This document shows, piece after piece, positions 1 through 8,097 of a stretch of 64,000 nucleotides of DNA. Origin of the DNA: Escherichia phage AV122; sequence record OR352952.1; one strand, 5' to 3'. Position numbers and translations under genes: made by a program. Position 1 is the stretch's first letter. Each line of letters starts with the position of its first letter. Below the pieces are notes generated by a model, which saw only the letters and a list, made by a program, of their open reading frames with translations, did not search any database and had not been told where the DNA came from.

Positions 1-88
1 ACATGAGCATTTAGGTGGTGAATTCCCTGCATGGCCTGAAAAAGAACAGAAGCCTTGGTATAAGCGTTTATTCAAGCATTACGTATAA
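1..88 (+). CDS. 38: 3' end of upstream late gene (gene 38-like tail fibre adhesin/assembly protein); start lies outside window
   Basis: Open frame from nt 2 to TAA at 86-88 (...EFPAWPEKEQKPWYKRLFKHYV*); lies directly upstream of holin t as in T-even phages. Identity from synteny only. Confidence 0.4.
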   Translation, partial: HEHLGGEFPAWPEKEQKPWYKRLFKHYV

Positions 89-91
89 ATA
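84..91 (+). promoter_or_regulatory. T4-type late promoter TATAAATA upstream of holin t
   Basis: Exact TATAAATA at 84-91, overlapping the TAA of the upstream ORF, followed by SD AAAGGAGGG and ATG at 109. Confidence 0.5.
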
Positions 92-108
92 TCTTAAAAG
101 GAGGGTCT

Positions 109-765
109 ATGGCAGCACCTAGAATATCATTTTCGCCCTCTGATATTCTATTTGGTGTTCTAGATCGCTTGTTCAAAGATAACGCTACCGGGAAAGTTCT
201 TGCTTCCCGGGTAGCTGTCGTAATTCTTTTATTTATGATGGCGATTGTTTGGTATAGGGGAGATAGTTTCTTTGAGTACTATAAGCAATCAAAGTATGAA
301 ACATACAGTGAAATTATTGAAAAGGAAAGAAATGCACGCTTTGAATCTGTCGCCCTGGAACAACTCCAGATAGTTCATATATCATCTGAGGCAGACTTTA
401 GTGCGGTGTATTCTTTCCGCCCTAAAAACTTAAACTATTTTGTTGATATTATAGCATACGAAGGAAGATTACCTTCAACAATAACTGAAAAATCACTTGG
501 AGGATATCCTGTTGATAAAACTATGGATGAATATATAGTTCATTTAAATGGACGTCATTATTATTCTGACTCAAAATTTGCTTTTTTACCAACTAAAAAG
601 CCTACTCCCGAAATAAACTACATGTACAGTTGTCCATATTTTAATTTGGATAATATCTATGCTGGAACGATAACCATGTACTGGTATAGAAATGATCATA
701 TAAGTAATGACCGCCTTGAATCAATATGCGCTCAGGCGGCCAGAATATTAGGAAGGGCTAAATAA
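109..765 (+). CDS. t: holin T
   Basis: 218 aa, N-terminal TM segment (VAVVILLFMMAIVWY) plus large periplasmic domain; sequence matches my recollection of T4 holin T (218 aa); strong SD. Confidence 0.9.
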   Translation: MAAPRISFSPSDILFGVLDRLFKDNATGKVLASRVAVVILLFMMAIVWYRGDSFFEYYKQSKYETYSEIIEKERNARFESVALEQLQIVHISSEADFSAVYSFRPKNLNYFVDIIAYEGRLPSTITEKSLGGYPVDKTMDEYIVHLNGRHYYSDSKFAFLPTKKPTPEINYMYSCPYFNLDNIYAGTITMYWYRNDHISNDRLESICAQAARILGRAK

Positions 766-1038
766 TTATTTGTTCGTATACATCTCTAGATATCGATATA
801 CACCCTCAAAACCCTCGTTGAATTCGTCGATGAGGGTTTTCTTATCTTCTTGAGTTAATTCAGAAACAATTTTACGGAATGAATTCTGATTTAATTTTCT
901 ACCTTCATGCGTTACTCCAATCTCATTCAGAAATGCAATAAAATTAGCACGATTTTCAACAATATCTTCTCTGGAAAATTTAATCAAAATAGACGCAACA
1001 GTAATAATTTCACGAACTGTATCAATGTTTTTATTCAT
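766..1038 (-). CDS. asiA: anti-sigma-70 factor AsiA
   Basis: 90 aa, MNKNIDTVREIITVASILIKFSRED... matches T4 AsiA as recalled; stop abuts the holin stop (convergent TAATTA). Confidence 0.92.
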   Translation of the reverse strand: MNKNIDTVREIITVASILIKFSREDIVENRANFIAFLNEIGVTHEGRKLNQNSFRKIVSELTQEDKKTLIDEFNEGFEGVYRYLEMYTNK

Positions 1039-1069
1039 TAACTATACCACTCAATTAGTTGACTTTGTT

Positions 1070-1099
1070 ATAATATCATCAGACGCTTGATTTGTAAAC
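1070..1099 (-). promoter_or_regulatory. T4-type early promoter (sigma70) upstream of asiA
   Basis: Minus strand GTTTAC (plus gtaaac 1094-1099), 18-bp spacer, -10 TATTAT (1070-1075), A/T-rich upstream region. Confidence 0.45.
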
Positions 1100-1199
1100 T
1101 GGTCTGTGTTATTTTCTTCAAAAATTTTTTCTACGAATTCCTTGAACGACTTACGTTCCTGAGCTACATTATGCTCGATTACCTTTTCAAGATTATGAC

Positions 1200-1478
1200 T
1201 CATTCGAAATAATCTTCAATTTCATAATCATGGACATAAATCATTATAGTTTTTAATACATCATCAATACTTTTTCCTGGAGCTGGAATTACGTAAAAAT
1301 ACCCTGCTTTTGAGAGGTCTTTATAAGTTCCAATCAAGAAATCATTATTCTCAAGATGTAGTTCTTCAACTAATTCATTAACAATTGAATGGTATAGGTT
1401 TGGTAGAAACTTATATAGCTTTTCTAGAATATCAATTTTGATTGTGTATTGAACCACAGACTGAGAATCAATAATCAT
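1200..1478 (-). CDS. arn: acidic 92-aa protein, Arn-like (anti-restriction nuclease) by size, charge and position
   Basis: 92 aa, net charge about -10, located between asiA and motA where T4 arn (92 aa) maps; sequence identity not verified. Confidence 0.45.
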   Translation of the reverse strand: MIIDSQSVVQYTIKIDILEKLYKFLPNLYHSIVNELVEELHLENNDFLIGTYKDLSKAGYFYVIPAPGKSIDDVLKTIMIYVHDYEIEDYFE

Positions 1479-1561
1479 AGACCTTCCCCTTATGTTTCTG
1501 TTTGCGATTAGATTCTTTAAACGCTTTCTTCTTATCCTTATGAACAGAAGCTTTATTAAAA

Positions 1562-1780
1562 TTATGTTTTGCGACTAAATTGTTCATAGTGCTGAATTAC
1601 CTCTCTCAAACATTTGCATGTGAATGAAAACTTTTTAGCTACACCACATTCAAATATATGTTCTCTTAAATCACGTGTATCGGTATATCCCATCTCAACG
1701 ATAAAATGCCGTATTAGATTTTTATCTTTATCATTGAGAGAATTAAAATAATCGGATTTTGAATTAATTTCCCTGGCCAA
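1562..1780 (-). CDS. hypothetical protein (arn-motA interval)
   Basis: 72-aa ORF, same strand as flanking genes, contains C-x-C motif; no recognisable domain. Confidence 0.5.
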   Translation of the reverse strand: MAREINSKSDYFNSLNDKDKNLIRHFIVEMGYTDTRDLREHIFECGVAKKFSFTCKCLREVIQHYEQFSRKT

Positions 1781-2060
1781 ATTGAATCACCTTCAGTTGA
1801 CGTTTTAATTCTTTTATCATCTCTTCGTTCATCGCAATATAAAGATCGCGTAAAGCAGGTTTTAACATTCCATTTACTGGAGAACTAAATGGACATACAT
1901 AATCTTTTCCTACGAGCTTTTTAGTGAATTCAATATTACAGAACTGAAATGCCGGCTCATTGGTATAAATTCCCCAATTAGTTGACATCATTTTATTGGC
2001 ATATTCCAGTGCCTGGATTTGATTCATAATTCCATCAATTTGAAACTGTTTAATATTCAT
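1764..2060 (-). CDS. hypothetical protein
   Basis: 98-aa ORF tightly packed with neighbours (17-nt overlap). Confidence 0.55.
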   Translation of the reverse strand: MNIKQFQIDGIMNQIQALEYANKMMSTNWGIYTNEPAFQFCNIEFTKKLVGKDYVCPFSSPVNGMLKPALRDLYIAMNEEMIKELKRQLKVIQFGQGN

Positions 2061-2521
2061 TAGTAAAGGTCCTCAGAATAAAGTTCTTTTTCACTACCAC
2101 CACGTTCAATACGTACTTGTCCAGCGTAAGTTGCAATAATCATTGCTTCTTCACGTGTCCAATAATTACTATATTGGTCAATAAACCCTTGGTCATCATC
2201 ACAAACTTGTTGAGTAACTAATTGAGGTTTAACTACATCTAAAACTTCTGCCATATCTTTAGAATAATGACGAGCACCTGGAATAATAAGAGTTCGTCCA
2301 TCTTTTAATTTAAAACGATTAGCTGCACAGACAATTCGTCGTTGATACTTTTGGTTTTCATCCCAATACAGAGTCTGCCAACAGATTTCAGGAACTTCAT
2401 CTAAAACATTTTGTTCTGTATATTCACCACCGTAAGAAGCTAATTTAGCAGCCAGACTTTCCGGAGTCTCACGAGATAAAGCTTTATCTAACAGAGCTAA
2501 ACGTTCTTTAAAAGTTTTCAT
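2060..2521 (-). CDS. hypothetical protein
   Basis: 153-aa ORF, stop/start overlaps with neighbours typical of T-even early operons. Confidence 0.6.
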   Translation of the reverse strand: MKTFKERLALLDKALSRETPESLAAKLASYGGEYTEQNVLDEVPEICWQTLYWDENQKYQRRIVCAANRFKLKDGRTLIIPGARHYSKDMAEVLDVVKPQLVTQQVCDDDQGFIDQYSNYWTREEAMIIATYAGQVRIERGGSEKELYSEDLY

Positions 2522-2847
2522 TTAAACCATCCTTTAATACGCTGCCACAAAGTTTTCTGTTGAGCTTTGTTGACGCCAATTGAGCGAATAACTGGTTGAG
2601 ATTCCTGGAATTCTTTATAATCAGCAAGGTAAATTTCGTAAGCTGCATCCGTAAATGAACTTATAGCTGCCATAAAATTATTGCGAATACCTACTGGAGC
2701 ATCTTTACTTTCACGAATAATCATGTATTTACCAGTCTTAATCTTTACAATAGTTCCAAGATAAGCTCCATGGTACCAAATATCCCAACCCTCTTGAGTA
2801 GGTTCTGCACAACGACGAAGTTCATTGACAATTTCTAACTTGTTCAT
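2518..2847 (-). CDS. hypothetical protein
   Basis: 109-aa ORF, ATGA-type overlap with downstream ORF. Confidence 0.6.
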   Translation of the reverse strand: MNKLEIVNELRRCAEPTQEGWDIWYHGAYLGTIVKIKTGKYMIIRESKDAPVGIRNNFMAAISSFTDAAYEIYLADYKEFQESQPVIRSIGVNKAQQKTLWQRIKGWFK

Positions 2848-2857
2848 TATTTATTCC

Positions 2858-3493
2858 TCACAGTTCAGATGCTACAGTGATTACAGCTTCAATGTTTTCT
2901 ACCGAGCGTTTAATGTCAAGATACACATTACCGTTTTTAGCGATTTTACATGACATTCCGATATCAGTAAATTTCTGAATATGATGTTCCATCATTTTGT
3001 ATCCAAAAATTCGCATATTTCCATTGTTGTTAATTTCAAAATTGCGAATTCCGTGAGTGCGTTTTTCTAAAATAGCGAGATAGTTACTGCGATAAGTTTC
3101 AACCTTTTTAAGAACAAATCCATTTTCATCTAAAAGTTTTAACATGAAGTCTTTATCTTCTTCCATATCAGAAGTAATCTCACGAGCTTTACGAGTTGCT
3201 CGTTTTTTCAGCAGTTCCGGAGCATTTTCTTGTGCGTATAAAGTTGCTGCATTTGAAATAATATCCTGAGCTTCACCAGTAATGATTAATCCATCACCAG
3301 ATTTCTCCACCAGGCCTTTTTTAATCAATACCCCAATATTACTATTAACTACTGCGTTACCTAAATCTGGATGCACCTCACGAACTTCTGCAGCTGTAAT
3401 GAAATCTTTCTTAGCAATAGTAATTAAAATCGCAGCAGTTTTTTCATTCAGAACATCGTTAGAAGCTTTGATGATGTAAGTTACTTTAGACAT
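2858..3493 (-). CDS. motA: middle-transcription activator MotA
   Basis: 211 aa, MSKVTYIIKASNDVLNEKTAAILITIAKKDF... matches T4 MotA as recalled; ATG verified at 3493. Confidence 0.92.
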   Translation of the reverse strand: MSKVTYIIKASNDVLNEKTAAILITIAKKDFITAAEVREVHPDLGNAVVNSNIGVLIKKGLVEKSGDGLIITGEAQDIISNAATLYAQENAPELLKKRATRKAREITSDMEEDKDFMLKLLDENGFVLKKVETYRSNYLAILEKRTHGIRNFEINNNGNMRIFGYKMMEHHIQKFTDIGMSCKIAKNGNVYLDIKRSVENIEAVITVASEL

Positions 3494-3534
3494 TTTCTAA
3501 TCTCCGTAATTCTGTATCAGTAGTTGATAGTTGT

Positions 3535-3564
3535 ATAGTACCACAGTATGCTTTGGTTGTAAAC
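3535..3564 (-). promoter_or_regulatory. T4-type early promoter upstream of motA
   Basis: Minus strand GTTTAC (3559-3564), 18-bp spacer, GG-TACTAT -10 (3535-3540), A/T-rich upstream block (plus ttttgtgaaaaaatttt). Confidence 0.6.
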
Positions 3565-3594
3565 CGTTTTGTGAAAAAATTTTAAAATAAAAAA

Positions 3595-3614
3595 GGGAGA
3601 GCCGAGGCTCTCCC
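3595..3614 (-). terminator. stem-loop terminator after gene 52 / 52-distal ORF
   Basis: 8-bp GC-rich stem gggagagc/gctctccc with 4-nt loop; U-run on the minus-strand transcript immediately 3'. Confidence 0.5.
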
Positions 3615-3619
3615 TAAAA

Positions 3620-3769
3620 TTACTGCATGAATGTGATAACTATCATGATAACACGTTGAATTCCGAACGCAAGAAGACCTCCTGCTACGGCTGGAACAAC
3701 GCCTAAACCCGCCAGTAAAATGCTACCAGATACTAATGCAGCGCTTGTAATACCAATGAATGGACTCAT
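3620..3769 (-). CDS. small hydrophobic membrane protein (49 aa)
   Basis: Not in ORF track (<60 aa). ATG at 3769 overlaps gene 52 TGA (ATGA); translation MSPFIGITSAALVSGSILLAGLGVVPAVAGGLLAFGIQRVIMIVITFMQ. Confidence 0.45.
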   Translation of the reverse strand: MSPFIGITSAALVSGSILLAGLGVVPAVAGGLLAFGIQRVIMIVITFMQ

Positions 3770-5094
3770 TTGATTTCCTCTAAATCTTTGGTGTATTCGG
3801 TAACTACATCAGTAGTTTTCCAATATTCGTTTTCTTCTTTTTTAGCTTTAGCTTCTTCATCAAGTTTCTTTGCTTCATCGGAAGTCATATGAAAAATATT
3901 CATTCCAACTAGTTTATCAACATAAGAAGAATACATCTCAATTTTAGAAAGTTCTTCAGTCAGTTCTTTACGAGTTTTACCCTGTACAACAATTTCACCT
4001 GAAATTACTTTCTTAATGAAATGCGCCTTGGCAAAGGCTAAACGAAATGCTGATTCAGTTTCTTTGATTTTGTTATCAATTCGTTTTTGGACATAAGTTT
4101 TACGAACTTCAACGAAGTCTTTGATTAAATCAACTACGTTATCGTAAACTTGCAGCTTTCCTTTCTCATTAATAACAGTAATATTCTGTGAACGACGCTC
4201 AATCAACCCGAAGTCTTTCATAATTTTAGCGTGACGTTCTTCTTCATTATCGCTCAAAGAGTATTCTTTGCGGAATTTAACTTTGAAGCCAAAACCATGC
4301 TCACCACAAGCATCATCCCACGTAATGAAGCCTTTATCTTCAAGCGGGTCTAAGATTTTACTCACATAAGTTTCACGATCATACTTATACGGAATCTCAG
4401 TGATATGCATTTGAGTTCGTGAAGTAAACTTATATGTTCCACGAATTTCATACTGCCCATCAATTTCAACAACTTCACCACGAAATTCTGGGAATTCTAC
4501 CTTCGGTTTAGTTACTTTCTTTCCTTGAAGAGCTTGTAATACAGCTTTCCTGACAGAAGAAACACTATGAGGAAGAATGTAAGTTGCATAACCAGTTGCA
4601 ATACCGGAAACACCATTAAGAAGAACAGTAGGAATAATAGGCAAATAGAAAGCAGGCGGAATGTGTTCTTTATCTTGATGTACCGGAGCATATTCAGTAT
4701 CTTTATATACGTTATAGAAATTTTTACTTACACGAGCAAAAATATAACGACTTGCGGCTGCCTTTTGGACAGTACGAGAACCGAAGTTTCCTTGGCCATC
4801 TAACAGAGGAAAGTTATTATTCCAAGTATTAGCCATCAAAGCACCTGCGTCTTGCGCAGAGTTTTCACCATGATGATATCCAAGGTCCGCTACACCACCT
4901 GCAATAGAAGCGAGTTTGTGAAACTTATCTTTATTTCCTCGTGCCAAATCAAGAGCTCGAGCAATAACAAATCGTTGAACTGGCTTAAATCCGTCAATCA
5001 TATTTGGGATAGCACGATTTTCAACCGTGTACATAGCATAAGCCAATGCTTCATTATCAATGATACTTTTTAAATCGCGATTATTCAGTTGCAT
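3766..5094 (-). CDS. 52: DNA topoisomerase II medium subunit (GyrA-like)
   Basis: 442 aa; GyrA-like N-terminus (...RALDLARGNKDKFHKLASIAGGVADLGYHHGE...) matching T4 gp52 as recalled. Confidence 0.92.
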   Translation of the reverse strand: MQLNNRDLKSIIDNEALAYAMYTVENRAIPNMIDGFKPVQRFVIARALDLARGNKDKFHKLASIAGGVADLGYHHGENSAQDAGALMANTWNNNFPLLDGQGNFGSRTVQKAAASRYIFARVSKNFYNVYKDTEYAPVHQDKEHIPPAFYLPIIPTVLLNGVSGIATGYATYILPHSVSSVRKAVLQALQGKKVTKPKVEFPEFRGEVVEIDGQYEIRGTYKFTSRTQMHITEIPYKYDRETYVSKILDPLEDKGFITWDDACGEHGFGFKVKFRKEYSLSDNEEERHAKIMKDFGLIERRSQNITVINEKGKLQVYDNVVDLIKDFVEVRKTYVQKRIDNKIKETESAFRLAFAKAHFIKKVISGEIVVQGKTRKELTEELSKIEMYSSYVDKLVGMNIFHMTSDEAKKLDEEAKAKKEENEYWKTTDVVTEYTKDLEEIK

Positions 5095-5098
5095 AAAT

Positions 5099-5239
5099 TT
5101 ACCATACTAGTGAATGTAGTGCCATAATAACATCAGAAATGAAAAGCACGACTTGAATTAATCCGAACATTATTCCGTAATATAATGCTATCAATAAAAT
5201 AGCAAGGGCTAATGAATAGCCCAAGATTTTCTTAATCAT
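5099..5239 (-). CDS. small hydrophobic peptide (46 aa)
   Basis: Not in ORF track. MIKKILGYSLALAILLIALYYGIMFGLIQVVLFISDVIMALHSLVW; start overlaps stop of the next peptide gene. Confidence 0.4.
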   Translation of the reverse strand: MIKKILGYSLALAILLIALYYGIMFGLIQVVLFISDVIMALHSLVW

Positions 5240-5390
5240 TAGTAGATAACAACACAAATGTTAAATATGCACACATACCCTGAGCTAAAGCTTGCGAAAA
5301 CACACTGCTGGCATCAATACAGATAGTTAAAACACATGCTACTATCCAACAAATAAATGAAATAACTCCTAATAATTTTGCAATATTCAT
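5232..5390 (-). CDS. ac: small hydrophobic peptide (52 aa), Ac-like (acriflavine sensitivity) by size and position
   Basis: Not in ORF track. MNIAKLLGVISFICWIVACVLTICIDASSVFSQALAQGMCAYLTFVLLSTND; T4 ac is about 51 aa and maps between 52 and stp. Confidence 0.4.
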   Translation of the reverse strand: MNIAKLLGVISFICWIVACVLTICIDASSVFSQALAQGMCAYLTFVLLSTND

Positions 5391-5397
5391 ATTTTCC

Positions 5398-5478
5398 TCA
5401 CTGGCGTCCGAAGACGCCTTTGGTTTTAAGATTGTTACGATAGAACTGCATCACGTGTTCGTTGTGGAAATTACTCAT
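5398..5478 (-). CDS. stp: Stp peptide (activator of host PrrC anticodon nuclease)
   Basis: Not in ORF track. 26-aa translation [26 protein letters not shown] matches T4 Stp as recalled; ATG shares one nt with ndd stop (TAATG); contains an internal CUUCGG-type hairpin (5403-5418). Confidence 0.8.
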
Positions 5479-5936
5479 TAATATGCCTGCAAAACAAATT
5501 TAAAGTTATCAGCCAACATACGGTTCATTTCTTCAAGTGTTTGATACTCAGAATGATGATTACGAGTAAACGCTAAAGCTAACTGACCTTTACCAAATCC
5601 CGTCGTCAGAGGTTTCATCTTAGAAGCAGGCAGATAAAATACTGTGTATGGAACATTGTTATTTGCAATAGTACGCGCAAGCTGAGACCGACGCTGACGA
5701 ATATGACTTAGAACCGCACTGAATCCTTGCTTAGAACGCTGATTACCTACATAAAATCGTGCAGACACGCACGGATTACTAAATGGACGACCATCTAATT
5801 TACACACTAAAAAGTAAAATCCAGGTTTAGATAAAATATCTTTATGTGGAACTCCCAAAAACCATTCACCGTTCTTGATTGTACCAATAACGGTAGCGCC
5901 TGCGTTGTTCAGATCAGTAACAGTCATATATTTCAT
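5478..5936 (-). CDS. ndd: nucleoid disruption protein Ndd
   Basis: ORF-track ORF trimmed to ATG at 5936 ([18 protein letters not shown]...), about 152 aa, matching T4 Ndd as recalled. Confidence 0.8.
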
Positions 5937-5996
5937 ATTAATTTCCTCTAAATTATTTTCTACTCCAAGGCCGCATGAATACACACGGCCATTAAA

Positions 5997-6212
5997 TTAA
6001 TCGTCGCAGTCGACGCTCAATTCCCAGAATTCTTCTACGGTATAAGTTTCAGTATCATTTTCAATACAGAAACGTTCATTACTATTATTTGCTAAAGTAG
6101 CATTAACTGTCGGTTTCTCGCTAGTGCTCTTAAGAGGTGAAATACGAATTAACTGATCACCGTTATCTAAACAAAAAATTTCACCAACTTTTACATCTTT
6201 AAAACTTTTCAT
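5997..6212 (-). CDS. hypothetical protein
   Basis: 71-aa ORF between ndd and denB. Confidence 0.55.
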   Translation of the reverse strand: MKSFKDVKVGEIFCLDNGDQLIRISPLKSTSEKPTVNATLANNSNERFCIENDTETYTVEEFWELSVDCDD

Positions 6213-6327
6213 AATTCACCTCAAGGAGTATAAAATCCAAATGCAGTTGTTGACCATCCCATCCAATATGGGAAATTTGCACCAATGTAAAACATAAGAA
6301 TATAAAACCAAATGCTTAGTAAATTCA

Positions 6328-6546
6328 TCATTTTACACCATTCCAAATTGTTTCAACCACAGATTTTAAACCATTTTGATGAATATCAATTCCGACTACT
6401 GTCATCAAATAGATTCCAACTACAACTGAACCTAAGGCAAAAATCAGCATGAAAATGAATAAAGCCGGAAAAATATTATCGAAAAACCATTCAATAAATG
6501 TAAAAGCACTGCGTTTACGTTTCATATTTTCCTCACATAAATCCAA
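6328..6546 (-). CDS. small membrane protein
   Basis: 72-aa ORF with a central hydrophobic helix; exact start uncertain. Confidence 0.5.
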   Translation of the reverse strand: MDLCEENMKRKRSAFTFIEWFFDNIFPALFIFMLIFALGSVVVGIYLMTVVGIDIHQNGLKSVVETIWNGVK

Positions 6547-6646
6547 AGTAAGCGTTTAATACATCAATCATTAAAACGATTGGGAATATACTCAAAACTA
6601 CTAGTATTATAACTACATTCCATATAGCTTTAACAATCTTTTTCAT
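6533..6646 (-). CDS. small membrane protein (37 aa)
   Basis: ORF-track 82-aa ORF trimmed: its 5' part overlaps a promoter; internal ATG at 6646 is preceded by SD GGAGG. Confidence 0.4.
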   Translation of the reverse strand: MKKIVKAIWNVVIILVVLSIFPIVLMIDVLNAYFGFM

Positions 6647-6674
6647 TTTCTGTTCCTCCGTAGTTGATAGGGTA

Positions 6675-6704
6675 ATAGTACCACGGAAGAACAGTCTTGT
6701 AAAC
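6675..6704 (-). promoter_or_regulatory. T4-type early promoter
   Basis: GTTTAC (6699-6704), 18-bp spacer, GG-TACTAT (6675-6680). Confidence 0.55.
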
Positions 6705-6889
6705 AACTTTTTTAAAAATATTCGTAATAAATGTGAATACCAACTACTACCGCTGAAACCTGTGCAACCCACCACGCACAAGCAATAAGTACAGAATTCA
6801 AAATTTTCATAATAACCTCATCACAAAAGTAAATGTTAAACAAATTAATGGAATACTAATTAACCAAACAAAACACCACCATAATGAAC

Positions 6890-7153
6890 TCATAGTTCAA
6901 TCTCAATGATTTCCAGGTGTTTTTGTTTTATTGCCTTTTTAACACAATCATGGACTAAATATGACCATGAATCATTATATTCTCCATTAACTAATCGTTG
7001 GAGATCTTCACGTGATGATAAGTAAGGTTGATCTGATTCCCATTTTGATAAAAATACTGCAGTAAAAATATCTCCTTCACCTGTAGTTGAAGTCGTAAAT
7101 GCAATAAATTCACCGGTAATTTTATGTTTAGCGTAATAAAATTTAAATTTCAT
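6890..7153 (-). CDS. hypothetical protein (87 aa)
   Basis: Trimmed to ATG 7153 (MKFKFYYAKH...) with SD GGAGG; the longer track ORF would run into the promoter. Confidence 0.55.
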   Translation of the reverse strand: MKFKFYYAKHKITGEFIAFTTSTTGEGDIFTAVFLSKWESDQPYLSSREDLQRLVNGEYNDSWSYLVHDCVKKAIKQKHLEIIEIEL

Positions 7154-7180
7154 TTTTACTCCTCCGTAGCTGATAGTTGT

Positions 7181-7210
7181 ATAGTACCACGGTCCTTGTG
7201 GTATGTAAAC
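7181..7210 (-). promoter_or_regulatory. T4-type early promoter
   Basis: GTTTAC (7205-7210), 18-bp spacer, GG-TACTAT (7181-7186). Confidence 0.55.
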
Positions 7211-7228
7211 CATTTTGTGAAATTTTTT

Positions 7229-7786
7229 TTAAATGGAAAGATACCATCCGTTGTAGTTGCTTTTTCTTACAACCTTACGAAGGTCTTCTCTGTCACCGAT
7301 GAACTTCGGAGTGTACTGGATGACACCTGGATGAATTTCTTTAGTGTTGAATATAATTATACAGTCAGCGACTTGATGATTTAGAATGGGCCCTAGATTT
7401 ATTCCAGAACCGTATGGATACTCTCCGCTGCATCCTGTTGTTACAGAAATCCAACGTGAGTCAGTTTGATGTGTTTTGACTTCTACACGAAGCCCGCAGT
7501 ATCTTGGATGCGCCAATACATCCCATGCGTATGTATACGGGTCATTAACATCCTCTTGGCCTTTATTAACATACCCGCTTAACCAATCTGCTACAAAAAA
7601 TTCTGCGTACACAGCGATACGACATCTTTCAATAACTTCTGCTTTATCCTGGTTCGGGTTTTGTTTTAAAGAGTATCTTGCTGTATCAGCAATTTTGACC
7701 TTCATTTCACTAGTCAAGTCACTGTTCGATAGGGTAAATGTCGGAATCTGAAATAGTCTCTGTAAACCCGGATTCGTTTTCTGCAT
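7229..7786 (-). CDS. denB: endonuclease IV-like protein (DenB) by size and position
   Basis: 185 aa, between ndd and rIIB where T4 denB (185 aa) maps; sequence not independently verified. Confidence 0.6.
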   Translation of the reverse strand: MQKTNPGLQRLFQIPTFTLSNSDLTSEMKVKIADTARYSLKQNPNQDKAEVIERCRIAVYAEFFVADWLSGYVNKGQEDVNDPYTYAWDVLAHPRYCGLRVEVKTHQTDSRWISVTTGCSGEYPYGSGINLGPILNHQVADCIIIFNTKEIHPGVIQYTPKFIGDREDLRKVVRKSNYNGWYLSI

Positions 7787-7849
7787 TTAGACTTTCCTTT
7801 ATGTTGGAATCACTGATATTCATATAAATCATAATTTCTCTTAAAACAA

Positions 7850-7865
7850 AAGGGCCGAAGCCCTT
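7850..7865 (-). terminator. CUUCGG-tetraloop hairpin / intrinsic terminator
   Basis: aagggc-cgaa-gccctt (transcript loop UUCG), U-run 3' on minus transcript. Confidence 0.5.
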
Positions 7866-7868
7866 ATT

Positions 7869-8063
7869 TTATTTGAATTGTGCAATTCTTTTCTCTAAAC
7901 ATTCAGCATAAGATTTCATTGAGATAAACTGCGAAAGTAGCAGTTCTTGCTCAACTGCGTTAACTGTTAGAAACTTTGCGCTTTCTAAAAATTTACTCAG
8001 TGCATTAATTTTGAGCATTAATTGATCGTATTCTTCTTTTACTCGTGCTTGATAACCTAACAT
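7869..8063 (-). CDS. hypothetical protein (64 aa)
   Basis: ORF immediately downstream of rIIB and upstream of the hairpin. Confidence 0.5.
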   Translation of the reverse strand: MLGYQARVKEEYDQLMLKINALSKFLESAKFLTVNAVEQELLLSQFISMKSYAECLEKRIAQFK

Positions 8064-8081
8064 AATTTTCCTTAATGTGAT

Positions 8082-8097
8082 AAGGGCCGAAGCCCTT
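8082..8097 (-). terminator. CUUCGG-tetraloop hairpin overlapping rIIB stop
   Basis: aagggc-cgaa-gccctt; second copy of the same hairpin 230 bp from the first. Confidence 0.45.

Noticed and set aside
1051-1203. 50-aa minus-strand ORF between arn and asiA (ATGA-coupled to the upstream ORF)
   Set aside because: It spans the predicted asiA early promoter (1070-1099); could still be real but cannot be supported from sequence alone.
3282-3479. Plus-strand ORFs embedded in large minus-strand genes (e.g. 3282-3479 in motA, 4567-4803 and 4852-5073 in gene 52, 8360-8722 / 8434-8658 in rIIB, 11024-11272, 12014-13135 in gene 39, 19032-19256 in dda, 26233-26538 in 61, 28968-29198 in 41, 30981-31175 and 31459-31746 in uvsX, 35515-36174 in 43, 41008-42330 in 46, 50213-50772 and 51835-52053 in nrdG/nrdD, 55040-55956, 57123-57467, 60975-61214, 61771-61974, 62632-62847)
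   Set aside because: Antisense shadow ORFs inside recognisable genes; low-complexity translations, no RBS, and their coding would conflict with well-supported proteins.
6646-6781. N-terminal extensions of track ORFs 6533-6781 and 6890-7213 (also 14852-15178, 16331-16882, 34164-34412, 24932-25543)
   Set aside because: The extended 5' parts run through promoter elements or lack an RBS, whereas an internal ATG with a good SD lies just downstream of the promoter; shorter starts adopted.
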